Of a stretch of 64,000 nucleotides of DNA, positions 1 through 7,965 are shown piece after piece. How positions within the stretch are numbered: position 1 is the first letter of the stretch; the number at the start of each line of letters is the position of its first letter. The notes beneath the pieces were generated by a model that had not been told where the DNA came from, searched no databases, and worked only from the letters and a program-made list of their open reading frames with translations. Both the position numbers and the translations under genes were made by a program. Source of the stretch: a virus; IMG/VR virus record IMGVR_UViG_3300035670_000033, positions 74,072-138,071 of that record; one strand, given 5' to 3'.

Positions 1-1
1 A

Positions 2-895
2 GTCGGCGTAGATGCTGTTGTTTGAGTTTGCTCGGTAACCCGGGATATCGCCCGATGCCCAGTTCTTTGCTCGCAAAAAGAGAACATCATCAGGGTCTCC
101 AATTGCGATCTGTGCTGAGCGTCGTGATGAACCAGAAACCACTACACGACCAATGATGTTGCAAATGTCAAGAACATCAATTGAGCGGAGTTTCTTTCCT
201 TCGCGTGCTTCCATGACTTTGCAAATGTCTGCGATTCCGTCAACTAGTGCACCGGGTCCGCTTGCTGTGCCACCAAATGTCTTGAGTGGTGCACCGAATT
301 CGCGAATAAGGATCGTTGAATAGGAAAAAGATTTGCCTGTATCAAAATACGATTTCAGAACACTGTGCAGGAGTCGTCGCCAACCCTGACGGGAGTCAGG
401 AACAATGATGTCTGCATCGTTTGAACGGTCATGCGTGATTTTCACATTAGGCAAAACTTTTGGCAGATCATGGATTTTTGCCCGCTCAACGGAGAACCCA
501 ACACCACCTCCAAGCATGAGGTGGTCAAATAGGAATTCAAAATCCTCTACTTTTTCTATGTTTACGAAATAGCAGTTATTCAGTGAAGCGGCATTGAACT
601 GTTTGATTAACGGTGTTCCAAGTTGCCATAGGGCGCGTCCAGAGAATGATCCACGCAGGTGAAAAACATGGTCAAATAGTTTTTCTGCTTGTTCTTTTGT
701 TAGTGGTGTTCCGATTTCAATTGCGCCATTAACGCATCGTTGTACTGTTTCTAGCCATGTTTCGTTTCGGTTCAATTCTTCAATCCGACGCGAGTATGTG
801 CGCAGGTAGACAACCTCCCCAAGACCGCTGAATCCCCAAGGTGGGGTTTGTGTTTTGTATTGGTCTACGAACTCTTGGGATAACAGCGAAGTCAT
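2..895 (-). CDS. nrdJ: Class II (adenosylcobalamin-dependent, monomeric RTPR-type) ribonucleotide reductase, N-terminal part; runs off the window start
   Basis: Hand translation (not in ORF track): MTSLLSQEF...PPWGFSGLGEVVYLRTYSR...ETWLETVQRCVNG...SGRALWQLG...SLNNCYF...LMLGGGVGFSV...VPDSRQGW...FGGTASGPGAL...DICNIIGRVVVSGSSRRSAQIAIG...RANSNNSI. SD-like GAGG upstream of ATG at 895. Confidence 0.92.
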   Translation of the reverse strand, partial: MTSLLSQEFVDQYKTQTPPWGFSGLGEVVYLRTYSRRIEELNRNETWLETVQRCVNGAIEIGTPLTKEQAEKLFDHVFHLRGSFSGRALWQLGTPLIKQFNAASLNNCYFVNIEKVEDFEFLFDHLMLGGGVGFSVERAKIHDLPKVLPNVKITHDRSNDADIIVPDSRQGWRRLLHSVLKSYFDTGKSFSYSTILIREFGAPLKTFGGTASGPGALVDGIADICKVMEAREGKKLRSIDVLDICNIIGRVVVSGSSRRSAQIAIGDPDDVLFLRAKNWASGDIPGYRANSNNSIYAD

Positions 896-937
896 TAAAT
901 CCTCTTTCGGCGCACTAGGCAATATGGGTGGAGAACA

Positions 938-966
938 ATAGTACAGCACCAAGGATTTTCAGTAAA
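938..966 (-). promoter_or_regulatory. Sigma70-type promoter for nrdJ
   Basis: Minus strand TTTACT-17 bp-TACTAT, about 40 nt upstream of the ATG. Confidence 0.55.
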
Positions 967-969
967 ACC

Positions 970-1263
970 CTAATTACGGGTAAGGTTATATTTTCTTGCC
1001 TCAGATAACGGTATCACTTGACCGACAGCGAATTTGCGAACTTTGGCAAAAACGCCAGCAGAAATTTCTTCATCAACGAAAAAATCTTCTTCTATTCGGA
1101 ATGTTTGCTTGTCATCAATTGATTTGAATATACCCAACCCAAACAGTCGTTCAGGAGGTTTGTGTCCTTCGGGCACACAGTTCCCGTTGGGGTCGCCACA
1201 GACTATGCAAGGCTCGGAAGTTGCTCGCAGAATTTCTATATCACCAAAAATATACTCAGGCAT
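970..1263 (-). CDS. Hypothetical protein with CxxC-x5-C motif
   Basis: ORF MPEYIFGD...PCIVCGDPNGNC; SD GGAGAGG upstream. Confidence 0.75.
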   Translation of the reverse strand: MPEYIFGDIEILRATSEPCIVCGDPNGNCVPEGHKPPERLFGLGIFKSIDDKQTFRIEEDFFVDEEISAGVFAKVRKFAVGQVIPLSEARKYNLTRN

Positions 1264-1291
1264 ATGCAATTATACCTCTCCCCATCAAAGG

Positions 1292-1318
1292 AAAAAGGAG
1301 CGCCTTTCGGCGCTCCTT
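1292..1318 (-). terminator. Rho-independent terminator
   Basis: Minus strand AAGGAGCGCC-GAAA-GGCGCTCCTTTTT: perfect stem, GNRA loop, U tract, downstream of the 1359..1601 gene. Confidence 0.85.
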
Positions 1319-1358
1319 CCCTTCTATGCGAGGGGGCATAGACTGATTGCCCCAAAAG

Positions 1359-1601
1359 TTAGTTTTTGGGTGCGAACTTGTTTTCCAACTTCATTGCCTT
1401 CATTTCTTCTGCAAACAGTTCATCAAACTCTTCGCTATATCGGGTTTGTAGAACAAAAGATGCACGACGCTTTGCTTCATTGCGACGCTTTGCTTCAACT
1501 TTGCGCAGTTCGGCGCGACGAGCGCGCTCCTCTGCGGGTAGTGGCTTGCGTCCACGGCTAACCCCAAGTTTCTTTTTCAGTTGCTGATATGTTGTAGCCA
1601 T
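1359..1601 (-). CDS. Small basic protein, possible DNA-binding (RGRKP AT-hook-like motif)
   Basis: 80 aa, K/R rich, SD AGGAG upstream, terminator downstream. Confidence 0.75.
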   Translation of the reverse strand: MATTYQQLKKKLGVSRGRKPLPAEERARRAELRKVEAKRRNEAKRRASFVLQTRYSEEFDELFAEEMKAMKLENKFAPKN

Positions 1602-1734
1602 ATTGGGCTCCTATTTCTGTCTAGTGGTTTATGTCTTCTTGAAAAGAGAGACTAACTAACATGTCGGAGAAAAACAACTTTTTATATAAAAAAACTTAAA
1701 TATTTATCCCCCGTATTCTCGGGGTTTTGGCAGG

Positions 1735-1763
1735 TTGCCGAACACCATACATGGGGCTACACT
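1735..1763 (+). promoter_or_regulatory. Sigma70-type promoter producing a probable leaderless mRNA
   Basis: TTGCCG-17 bp-TACACT, with the ATG at 1770 only 6 nt after the -10 and no SD. Confidence 0.65.
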
Positions 1764-1769
1764 TACGGT

Positions 1770-2297
1770 ATGAGTAATATACCTACAAATACTAAAGAAA
1801 GCGAACATATGGAAACATCACTAATAGCCATACCAACCGTCAGGAACCTACAAGAGGCACGAATCCAATGCCTTGAATATGACGCCGTGATCACCGCAGG
1901 ACCGTTCAAGGACGAAGTGCGTGACTTCAACCACCCCGTACATAAAGTGGTTGAATTCAGGGACACCATATTTGAAAGTAACGGCGGACCGACATTTGAC
2001 GATGTTGTTGAACTAGTTGAATTCGGCGCTGGCGTCCCAAAACTGTTGGTTCACTGTCATGCAGGAATTTCACGCTCTACGGCTACAGCATGGGGCGTTG
2101 CAATAGCAAACGGCTTTGATCCACTTGAAGCATTTTTGACTTTACAAAAAAATCATCCCATTGAAAAAAGTTTCTACCGTGGTGCCCGACGCACTTTTGC
2201 GCCAAACACACTGATGGTTAAACATTTGGATAAGTACTTCAATCTTGGTACAACCCTGTCAGAAATACGCGGCAACCATGTAGAAATGGGCTGGTAA
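1770..2297 (+). CDS. Cys-based protein tyrosine/dual-specificity phosphatase
   Basis: LLVHCHAGISRSTATA is the HCx5R(S/T) P-loop; preceding FRD acid loop. Confidence 0.88.
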   Translation: MSNIPTNTKESEHMETSLIAIPTVRNLQEARIQCLEYDAVITAGPFKDEVRDFNHPVHKVVEFRDTIFESNGGPTFDDVVELVEFGAGVPKLLVHCHAGISRSTATAWGVAIANGFDPLEAFLTLQKNHPIEKSFYRGARRTFAPNTLMVKHLDKYFNLGTTLSEIRGNHVEMGW

Positions 2298-2300
2298 TTC

Positions 2301-3248
2301 ATGAAAGTTTTTTGGAACGAAACATACACATGTATTCAGCATGATTTTGACACATCACGAAAGTCAAACAATATTGTCAATCTAATCACTTCGGATAATG
2401 AAATTGCCGAAAGGGTTCGTTTGCTTAAAGACATACCTGAAATCACAATTGTTGACCCTGAACAAATCACGGACATCTCTGTAACAGATCGTCTTATCAG
2501 TAAATGGCTTACCCCGAAATATGTTGAAGCATTAAAGACAAACAACAACCCACACCTAGCGCAAAGCCAAGGTTTCGGGTGGTGCAAAAATACCTACAAG
2601 TTTGCCCGCGCGCACACGCACGGGTTAGTGGCATCAGTGGACGAGATAAAGGCAGGATCCAGTAGAAGTGGGAGCCTTTCTTCAGGGCTACACCATGCCT
2701 CAAGAGGTAGCGGTGCAGGTTTCTGCACGATCAACGGAATCGCACTGTCAGCAATCTACGCATATCAGCAAGGGTTTGAACCTATCGTCCTTGATTTTGA
2801 TGCTCACTGTGGTGGTGGAACAATGGACTTTTTGAAAGAATTCAACAAGAACTTTCAAACATCAGTTAAACCCATCAGACACATTGACCTATCAACCAAC
2901 CATTTTGACGACTACGACATTGCCGAAAGCGAGACATGGGCATCCCTTCATGTTCTCTGCCGTGAAGAAAACTATTTAGATGAAATCCGTAACGCCATGA
3001 ATTTGGCTGAACCATTCATTACAGATAAGACATTGTTCATATACAACGCAGGCATTGACCCAATAGGATCTCATGGTATTGACGAAAGTGTTATAGCGGA
3101 ACGAGAGAAAATGGTTTCTAATTTCATTGGTTCAAGTAAGGCTATTTTTGCTTTGGCAGGCGGATATTCGGGCGGTAAAACAACACGAGATGATGTAGCA
3201 AAAACACATCTCCGAACTATTTATGGTTGGTCATGGCAGACGAAATAA
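2301..3248 (+). CDS. Zinc-dependent histone deacetylase superfamily protein
   Basis: SGLHHA, GFC, LDFDAHCGGG, YNAGIDP and LAGGY match HDAC motifs in the right order. Confidence 0.88.
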   Translation: MKVFWNETYTCIQHDFDTSRKSNNIVNLITSDNEIAERVRLLKDIPEITIVDPEQITDISVTDRLISKWLTPKYVEALKTNNNPHLAQSQGFGWCKNTYKFARAHTHGLVASVDEIKAGSSRSGSLSSGLHHASRGSGAGFCTINGIALSAIYAYQQGFEPIVLDFDAHCGGGTMDFLKEFNKNFQTSVKPIRHIDLSTNHFDDYDIAESETWASLHVLCREENYLDEIRNAMNLAEPFITDKTLFIYNAGIDPIGSHGIDESVIAEREKMVSNFIGSSKAIFALAGGYSGGKTTRDDVAKTHLRTIYGWSWQTK

Positions 3249-3499
3249 TTCACGGGCTTTACGCCACATATACGAACCTAAAATGCAGGTGCAACCTCTG
3301 CAAAAAGGCAGCGGCAGAGTACATGCGTGGGTACAGGAAAACTTCCGTCGGGAAGTCTCAGGCACGATTTCACCAAGTTGTTGCCAATAAGCGCTCACAG
3401 ATTGCCATCAAATGGATTAAAGATAACCATCCAGAACAATGGGATAAGATATGTTCACGAGCGCTAAAAATCGTTGAAAAACAAGAGAACGGAGAATGA
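3233..3499 (+). CDS. Small Zn-finger-like phage protein (HG...Y...CRCxxC)
   Basis: IIHGLYATYTNLKCRCNLCKKA, a motif common in actinophage proteins. Confidence 0.7.
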   Translation: MADEIIHGLYATYTNLKCRCNLCKKAAAEYMRGYRKTSVGKSQARFHQVVANKRSQIAIKWIKDNHPEQWDKICSRALKIVEKQENGE

Positions 3500-3500
3500 C

Positions 3501-3725
3501 ATGCCTTACGGTGGAGACAATATTGAAAGCCGATTTGAAGATTTTGTTGAAGAAACAAACCAAAAAATTAAAGAACTTGAAACAATGATTCGCTTGCTTC
3601 AGGATGAATTAAATACAGCAAAAAGGGAAACAGCAAAGGTCAATATCACCAATCAGGACATAAAAAATTCACTTGGTTCCACAATCAAAACCGTAAGCGA
3701 TATTGTCGGCAAAAGGTTTAAGTGA
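3501..3725 (+). CDS. Hypothetical coiled-coil protein
   Basis: SD GGAG; heptad-like IKELETMIRLLQDEL. Confidence 0.65.
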   Translation: MPYGGDNIESRFEDFVEETNQKIKELETMIRLLQDELNTAKRETAKVNITNQDIKNSLGSTIKTVSDIVGKRFK

Positions 3726-3765
3726 GTTGTGGTGCTTTCCACTCAAAATAAACTAACATATGTAA

Positions 3766-3924
3766 ATGCTTGAGAAAACGAATTTAGCGGAGCAAGAGTT
3801 CAATCATCTCGTTGACGACGAGTTGGAAAGATTGCGCCGAGAGTTGGAAAAGTTGAAAAAGCAAATTGAATATCTTCAAAGCGATTTGAGATACCTAGAA
3901 CTTCAAAACACAAAAAATCTTTAA
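3766..3924 (+). CDS. Small coiled-coil protein (52 aa)
   Basis: Hand translation MLEKTNLAEQEFNHLVDDELERLRRELEKLKKQIEYLQSDLRYLELQNTKNL. Confidence 0.55.
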   Translation: MLEKTNLAEQEFNHLVDDELERLRRELEKLKKQIEYLQSDLRYLELQNTKNL

Positions 3925-4074
3925 TTACTTTTTCTTATTTCTGATTTCGTCGTTTGGACTGAATCCCTCAAGCATGCCTTTCATGTAAGCATATTGCTCC
4001 TGTGGAGTCATATCCCAATAGGTTTTTTCAACCTTTTTAAACTTGCGAATCATTTTGTCTGTTAGTTTAGCCAT
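3925..4074 (-). CDS. Small hypothetical protein (49 aa) starting 1 nt after the 4076 gene
   Basis: Hand translation MAKLTDKMIRKFKKVEKTYWDMTPQEQYAYMKGMLEGFSPNDEIRNKKK. Confidence 0.6.
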   Translation of the reverse strand: MAKLTDKMIRKFKKVEKTYWDMTPQEQYAYMKGMLEGFSPNDEIRNKKK

Positions 4075-4075
4075 T

Positions 4076-4894
4076 TTAATTTCCCTCTTTTCTTCCTGTA
4101 ACAATTATACGGAACGACTTTAAAGAAGTCAACTGTTCTGATAAAGATTTTTCGTTTGCCTTGTAGGTTTTGCTTATCTGCGGAGGCTCAATTGAGTCAT
4201 ATATCTTGGCAAGGTCGGCGAATACGGAGACATCTATCGTTTCGGCTCCGTCCCCACCAGAGTCAATGGTTGTTCCAGTCCAGTCACCTGTAGCGAGTGC
4301 TATTTGAATTTGGTCTAGGTCTGCGACTGCTATCTGGTTTTCAGCCTTACCTCTTGCTGGCGCTTTAGCCATGTTTTCTGGTGTGTTGTCGTAGATATCA
4401 ACAACATCAAGATAGAAGTCTTCTCCGTCAAGCCATCCGCCAATTCCGACTTCTCGTGCGCCTTCCTTCGGATTCAGAAATACTTCCTTACCATGAAATG
4501 CAAGCCAAGCCATTGTCGTTTTGATTGCCGAATCTTTGGGTTCGCCATTCTCATCAAAAACATCGGATTTTTTAAGTTTTACACCGTGTTTATTTCTTCC
4601 GATTGATATTCCAGTTCTAACATCGTCTGCAACAAGTTTGTCTACAGTGAATCCACCGTCACGACCTTTTTCAAGGATTGCTTTGATTCTTTTCTTTCTC
4701 TCTGGATCTGCTTTAACAAAAGACATTGTACGCTTTTTTGTTGTTCTACGAACCATTTCGGCAGCCACTGGAAGAGGGACATTGTCTTCATCGCCGAGGG
4801 TAAACATTCCATCGCCATCTCCGTCTTTGGGCACTTTGTCGGAGGAGAAACCACCAATTGGTTGACCAAGTATTTTGTACAAAAGTTCGCTCAT
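4076..4894 (-). CDS. Head-region protein with N-terminal PIGG/DGDGDG module and unknown C-terminal domain
   Basis: KILGQPIGG...KDGDGDGMFTLGDEDNVPLP matches modules in the 7966 and 9369 genes; C-terminal GGFT...IGGWLD...YLDV...NQIAV. Confidence 0.8.
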   Translation of the reverse strand: MSELLYKILGQPIGGFSSDKVPKDGDGDGMFTLGDEDNVPLPVAAEMVRRTTKKRTMSFVKADPERKKRIKAILEKGRDGGFTVDKLVADDVRTGISIGRNKHGVKLKKSDVFDENGEPKDSAIKTTMAWLAFHGKEVFLNPKEGAREVGIGGWLDGEDFYLDVVDIYDNTPENMAKAPARGKAENQIAVADLDQIQIALATGDWTGTTIDSGGDGAETIDVSVFADLAKIYDSIEPPQISKTYKANEKSLSEQLTSLKSFRIIVTGRKEGN

Positions 4895-4897
4895 TGG

Positions 4898-5245
4898 TTA
4901 TTTTGCTTTTACGATTCCGTCGGGGATGACAGCAAATCGGCATTTTCCTTCAGGGTTAACAGGTAACGAGATGATCTTGCATGAAGAACCACCTTCGTAT
5001 AGAACACAATTGGAGCATTTTACGCCTATCTGCGCGACTTCGTTTTGTGAAGGATCGTCGTATCCCGCCCAAACTCCTGTGTAATCTTGATTAAATTTTC
5101 CATATTTTTGAGTAATTTGAATGAGGGAATCAGCCAGCGCTCGCTCTTCGGGGTGAAGGTTTGGCATTTTTGGTTTAGATATCGCAATCATTCTTACAGG
5201 GATTTGCGACATCAGCATTTCTATAATTGATTTTTCTTTTTCCAT
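4898..5245 (-). CDS. Cys-cluster protein, HiPIP-like spacing
   Basis: KCSNCVLYEGGSSCKIISLPVNPEGKCRF (Cx2C-x8-C-x12-C). Confidence 0.65.
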   Translation of the reverse strand: MEKEKSIIEMLMSQIPVRMIAISKPKMPNLHPEERALADSLIQITQKYGKFNQDYTGVWAGYDDPSQNEVAQIGVKCSNCVLYEGGSSCKIISLPVNPEGKCRFAVIPDGIVKAK

Positions 5246-5246
5246 G

Positions 5247-5654
5247 TTATTTTGTTTCCTTTTTGAACTCTGCCCAAGTTTTATCCCCAACGCCATAATA
5301 CTCTCTGGCGTTTCCTGACTGGATCATGTCAATATTTAGGCACGCTGTTTGAGGGTCTTCAATTTTGTCTGATGAGTAAATTCTTGCCAGAACACGACCA
5401 TATTTGTCGTTCTTGTCGGGAATCGTGTTAACGAAAACCCATTTGTGGTTAGTCATCCAATCTTCAACAAACTTTTTTGCTTTTAGACCTAACTCTTTTT
5501 CTTTAAGATCTTTTGTTCGTGATTCAGGTGTGTTGACTCCATATAAACGAACACGGATTTTGTGATGCACGCTGAAACCTAAATCAACCATCAGGTCTAC
5601 CGTGTCACCGTCAACTACTTTCAGGATTGTTGCACCATACCAAAATCTTTCCAC
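5247..5654 (-). CDS. Thermonuclease (staphylococcal nuclease-like)
   Basis: KVVDGDTV, RVRLYGVNTPE and DKYGRVLA are the SNase catalytic motifs; no signal peptide. Confidence 0.92.
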   Translation of the reverse strand: MERFWYGATILKVVDGDTVDLMVDLGFSVHHKIRVRLYGVNTPESRTKDLKEKELGLKAKKFVEDWMTNHKWVFVNTIPDKNDKYGRVLARIYSSDKIEDPQTACLNIDMIQSGNAREYYGVGDKTWAEFKKETK

Positions 5655-5656
5655 GG

Positions 5657-6418
5657 CTAATCCTTGTCCTTAGAGTTCTTATATCGTTCAAGCATTCGTT
5701 TGCCTTTAGCGGCTAATTCCCTAGCATCATCCGCATTCTGTGGAACTGGTTCACCCCAAGCCGCCGCTGAAAGAGCAAGCCGAGTTGGGCGACCCTTTTC
5801 ATCTTTCATAGGACCAGAAGGATTGGTGAAGAACCGTGTAAGAAATGATCCCTTACGACGCATCTTTTCTGGTGTGTCAGCAGGACCCTTGACACCCGGC
5901 TTCAAATTGGATCCATCTGTTCTGTTGAAATGCGCACGACCCGCTGCGGTTAAACCACCTTTAGGGTCTCTCAGTGGTTTGGCAGATTTCTCTTTGACGA
6001 TCGGACCACCAGCAACCCACGCACGGCAAGTCCTTTTTGATGCACATTTGAAATCAAATGCTTCGCAATATCCAAGTTCGCCAGCGCTATCAATTGCTTC
6101 CCACTCATCCTGACGATCCCCGCCAGTTACACCTTTATTGATGCAGTCTTTCATTGAGGGTGTTTGAATGAAAAGTGAACAGTTACCGCACAATTGTTTT
6201 TTAGCGGAAGCATTATCAACGTCCCACTCTTTTGCTAACTTCCCCCAATACTCTGTGTTTGGTTCAGAAGGGTTGAGCGGACCATACATTGCTGTCTTTA
6301 TCGCTTTTCCTCTGTTGGCAAGGTTTACGGCAATGTCCTGTGTGGCTTTAGGGCAAGATTCTTCTGCCTTGACACGGATAGAAATCGGTTGACCGTTGAT
6401 TAAATCGGTAAATTTCAT
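5657..6418 (-). CDS. Two-domain head-region protein: Cys-rich domain plus basic domain (DUF6321-like from memory)
   Basis: LCGNC...DC...GYCEAFDFKCASKRTCRAW, followed by DPKGGLTAAGRAHFNRTDGSNLKP...RRKGSFLTRF. Confidence 0.7.
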   Translation of the reverse strand: MKFTDLINGQPISIRVKAEESCPKATQDIAVNLANRGKAIKTAMYGPLNPSEPNTEYWGKLAKEWDVDNASAKKQLCGNCSLFIQTPSMKDCINKGVTGGDRQDEWEAIDSAGELGYCEAFDFKCASKRTCRAWVAGGPIVKEKSAKPLRDPKGGLTAAGRAHFNRTDGSNLKPGVKGPADTPEKMRRKGSFLTRFFTNPSGPMKDEKGRPTRLALSAAAWGEPVPQNADDARELAAKGKRMLERYKNSKDKD

Positions 6419-6443
6419 AGTTCCTTATTATCCCACAAAAAGC

Positions 6444-6483
6444 AAAAACCCCGCCCCAACCTTTCGGCTAGAGCGGGGTTTTT
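6444..6483 (-). terminator. Rho-independent terminator after the major capsid gene
   Basis: Minus strand CCCCGCTCTAGCC-GAAA-GGTTGGGGCGGGG-TTTTT; stem has three G-U pairs, which fixes the strand. Confidence 0.9.
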
Positions 6484-6499
6484 GTTAATTACTTAATGA

Positions 6500-7813
6500 T
6501 TAGGCTGATGGAGCCGCATCAAAACTTACCTTCACGAACGACTCTGGTCGCTTCACAGCGAGAGCGAGGCGTTGCTCGGCAAGGATCACAATTGCGTTAC
6601 GCACGAAGAAGTCTGCGTGCTGTTCGCTAATGCGGATGCTTGGTGATTCACGGTCGTAGATTTGTGCTCCCGTACCGAATGCACCGATAAGTGCTGTACC
6701 TTCAGCAATTGCAGGGGTGTCCACAACTGGGATCCTCCACAACTTCTGCTCGCCACCCATTGCAACAGAGACTGCTACGACATAAGCGCCGTTGCCGTCC
6801 TTGCTGAGTTCAATGTCTTCCCAATCGTTCGGGTTAAGAACGATACCCGATGGCTCGTAGTAAGCCAAGAAGGAAAGGGTTGCGGCACGACGGATTGCGT
6901 CAGCCTTGGTGTCGCTCATACCAGCAGTTGCTGAGTACACGCCATCCGACCAGTTGTAGGTCTGTACGCCTGAGGTATTCAAGATACCTGTCAGGTTTTC
7001 GCCAGTTCCCGAACCGTTAAGGATTTGTGCATCTTCCTGCAAGCGGAGACCGTACATCAACTCGTTGTCAATGATTGAGCGCAGTTGTGGCTCATCAGCA
7101 AGAACATTGCGGTGTGCGGCTTCCCAGTGAGCCAAGGTGCGAACAGGAGCCTGCTCACCAACGAAGGTGAAAGACGACTGTGGCTTGGCACCGAATGCGG
7201 AACCCGAACGCTCAGCAACTGCTGCTGCGTTGTTGGTGAATCCCGTCATGCGGAAGTATTCAATGATCGCAGCAGTTGTGGTGCGACTTGGGAACAAGTC
7301 ACGAACACGCTTGGTGCGCATTGGAGGGATGACGATTGCATCGCGTTGAATGGTTCCAAACGAGCCAGGTGTACCAGTTGGGAGTGCCGAGTACAAGTCC
7401 TTCTGACTGTACACTTCGCTACCCGACTTGTATGGTGCTGGCATGTTTGCTGAACCGCTAGCCAAAAGGGACTTGAACTCTGCTGAAGCAAGGAATGCTT
7501 CACCGATGCTCTTGCGACCCATTGACTGAACTACTTGCTGGATTTCCTGTGAAGCGTAAGCAGAAGCCTGTGCTACTGAATCCTGTGGCTCTGAAGCCCA
7601 CTTGTCAGCATCACGCATTGACTCAAGGCTCTCAACGAGCGACTTGATCTCGCGGATATCTGCCATGTTCTTGTCAAACGCGGTCTTTTGTTCTGCGGAT
7701 ACGACTACGGTGCCGTCTTCAATTTTGAAGTTGTCGGCGATTGTCTTGTTTTCTGCCATCTTGGCGCGCATTGCACCTTGAAGTTCAGTTAAACGGCTGT
7801 TGTCAAATGACAT
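6500..7813 (-). CDS. Major capsid protein, HK97 fold with N-terminal delta domain
   Basis: Coiled-coil N-terminus, then RVRDLF, AAVAERSG..KPQS, LAHW, DEPQLRSII, EDAQILNGSGTGENLTGIL, LWRIPVV, DFFVRNAIVILAEQRLALAVKRPESFVK; SD GGAG before ATG 7813. Confidence 0.96.
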   Translation of the reverse strand: MSFDNSRLTELQGAMRAKMAENKTIADNFKIEDGTVVVSAEQKTAFDKNMADIREIKSLVESLESMRDADKWASEPQDSVAQASAYASQEIQQVVQSMGRKSIGEAFLASAEFKSLLASGSANMPAPYKSGSEVYSQKDLYSALPTGTPGSFGTIQRDAIVIPPMRTKRVRDLFPSRTTTAAIIEYFRMTGFTNNAAAVAERSGSAFGAKPQSSFTFVGEQAPVRTLAHWEAAHRNVLADEPQLRSIIDNELMYGLRLQEDAQILNGSGTGENLTGILNTSGVQTYNWSDGVYSATAGMSDTKADAIRRAATLSFLAYYEPSGIVLNPNDWEDIELSKDGNGAYVVAVSVAMGGEQKLWRIPVVDTPAIAEGTALIGAFGTGAQIYDRESPSIRISEQHADFFVRNAIVILAEQRLALAVKRPESFVKVSFDAAPSA

Positions 7814-7914
7814 GTTTTTCACTCCTAGTGAATTGGATTTGGTTGGTGATTACTTATGTTTCTTTATTGCAGACTTCGGTAAGCACCTAGTCCAGTTACT
7901 ATTACTGTAATACG

Positions 7915-7950
7915 AGAATAACATCAAAGTAGTATTAGAAATGCAACCCC
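7915..7950 (-). promoter_or_regulatory. Candidate late promoter of the capsid gene
   Basis: GGGGTTGCATTT-15 bp-TGT-TATTCT; the same arrangement recurs at 41781..41816. Confidence 0.45.
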
Positions 7951-7965
7951 ATATTTAACACTTGG

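Noticed and set aside
1709-1728. CCCCG-loop-CGGGG-TTTT hairpin as a terminator
   Set aside because: Short stem with no plus-strand gene upstream to terminate.
4076-4700. SAM lyase or other named activity for the C-terminal domain of the 4076 gene
   Set aside because: Motifs did not match any family I can name with confidence; left as unknown cargo.
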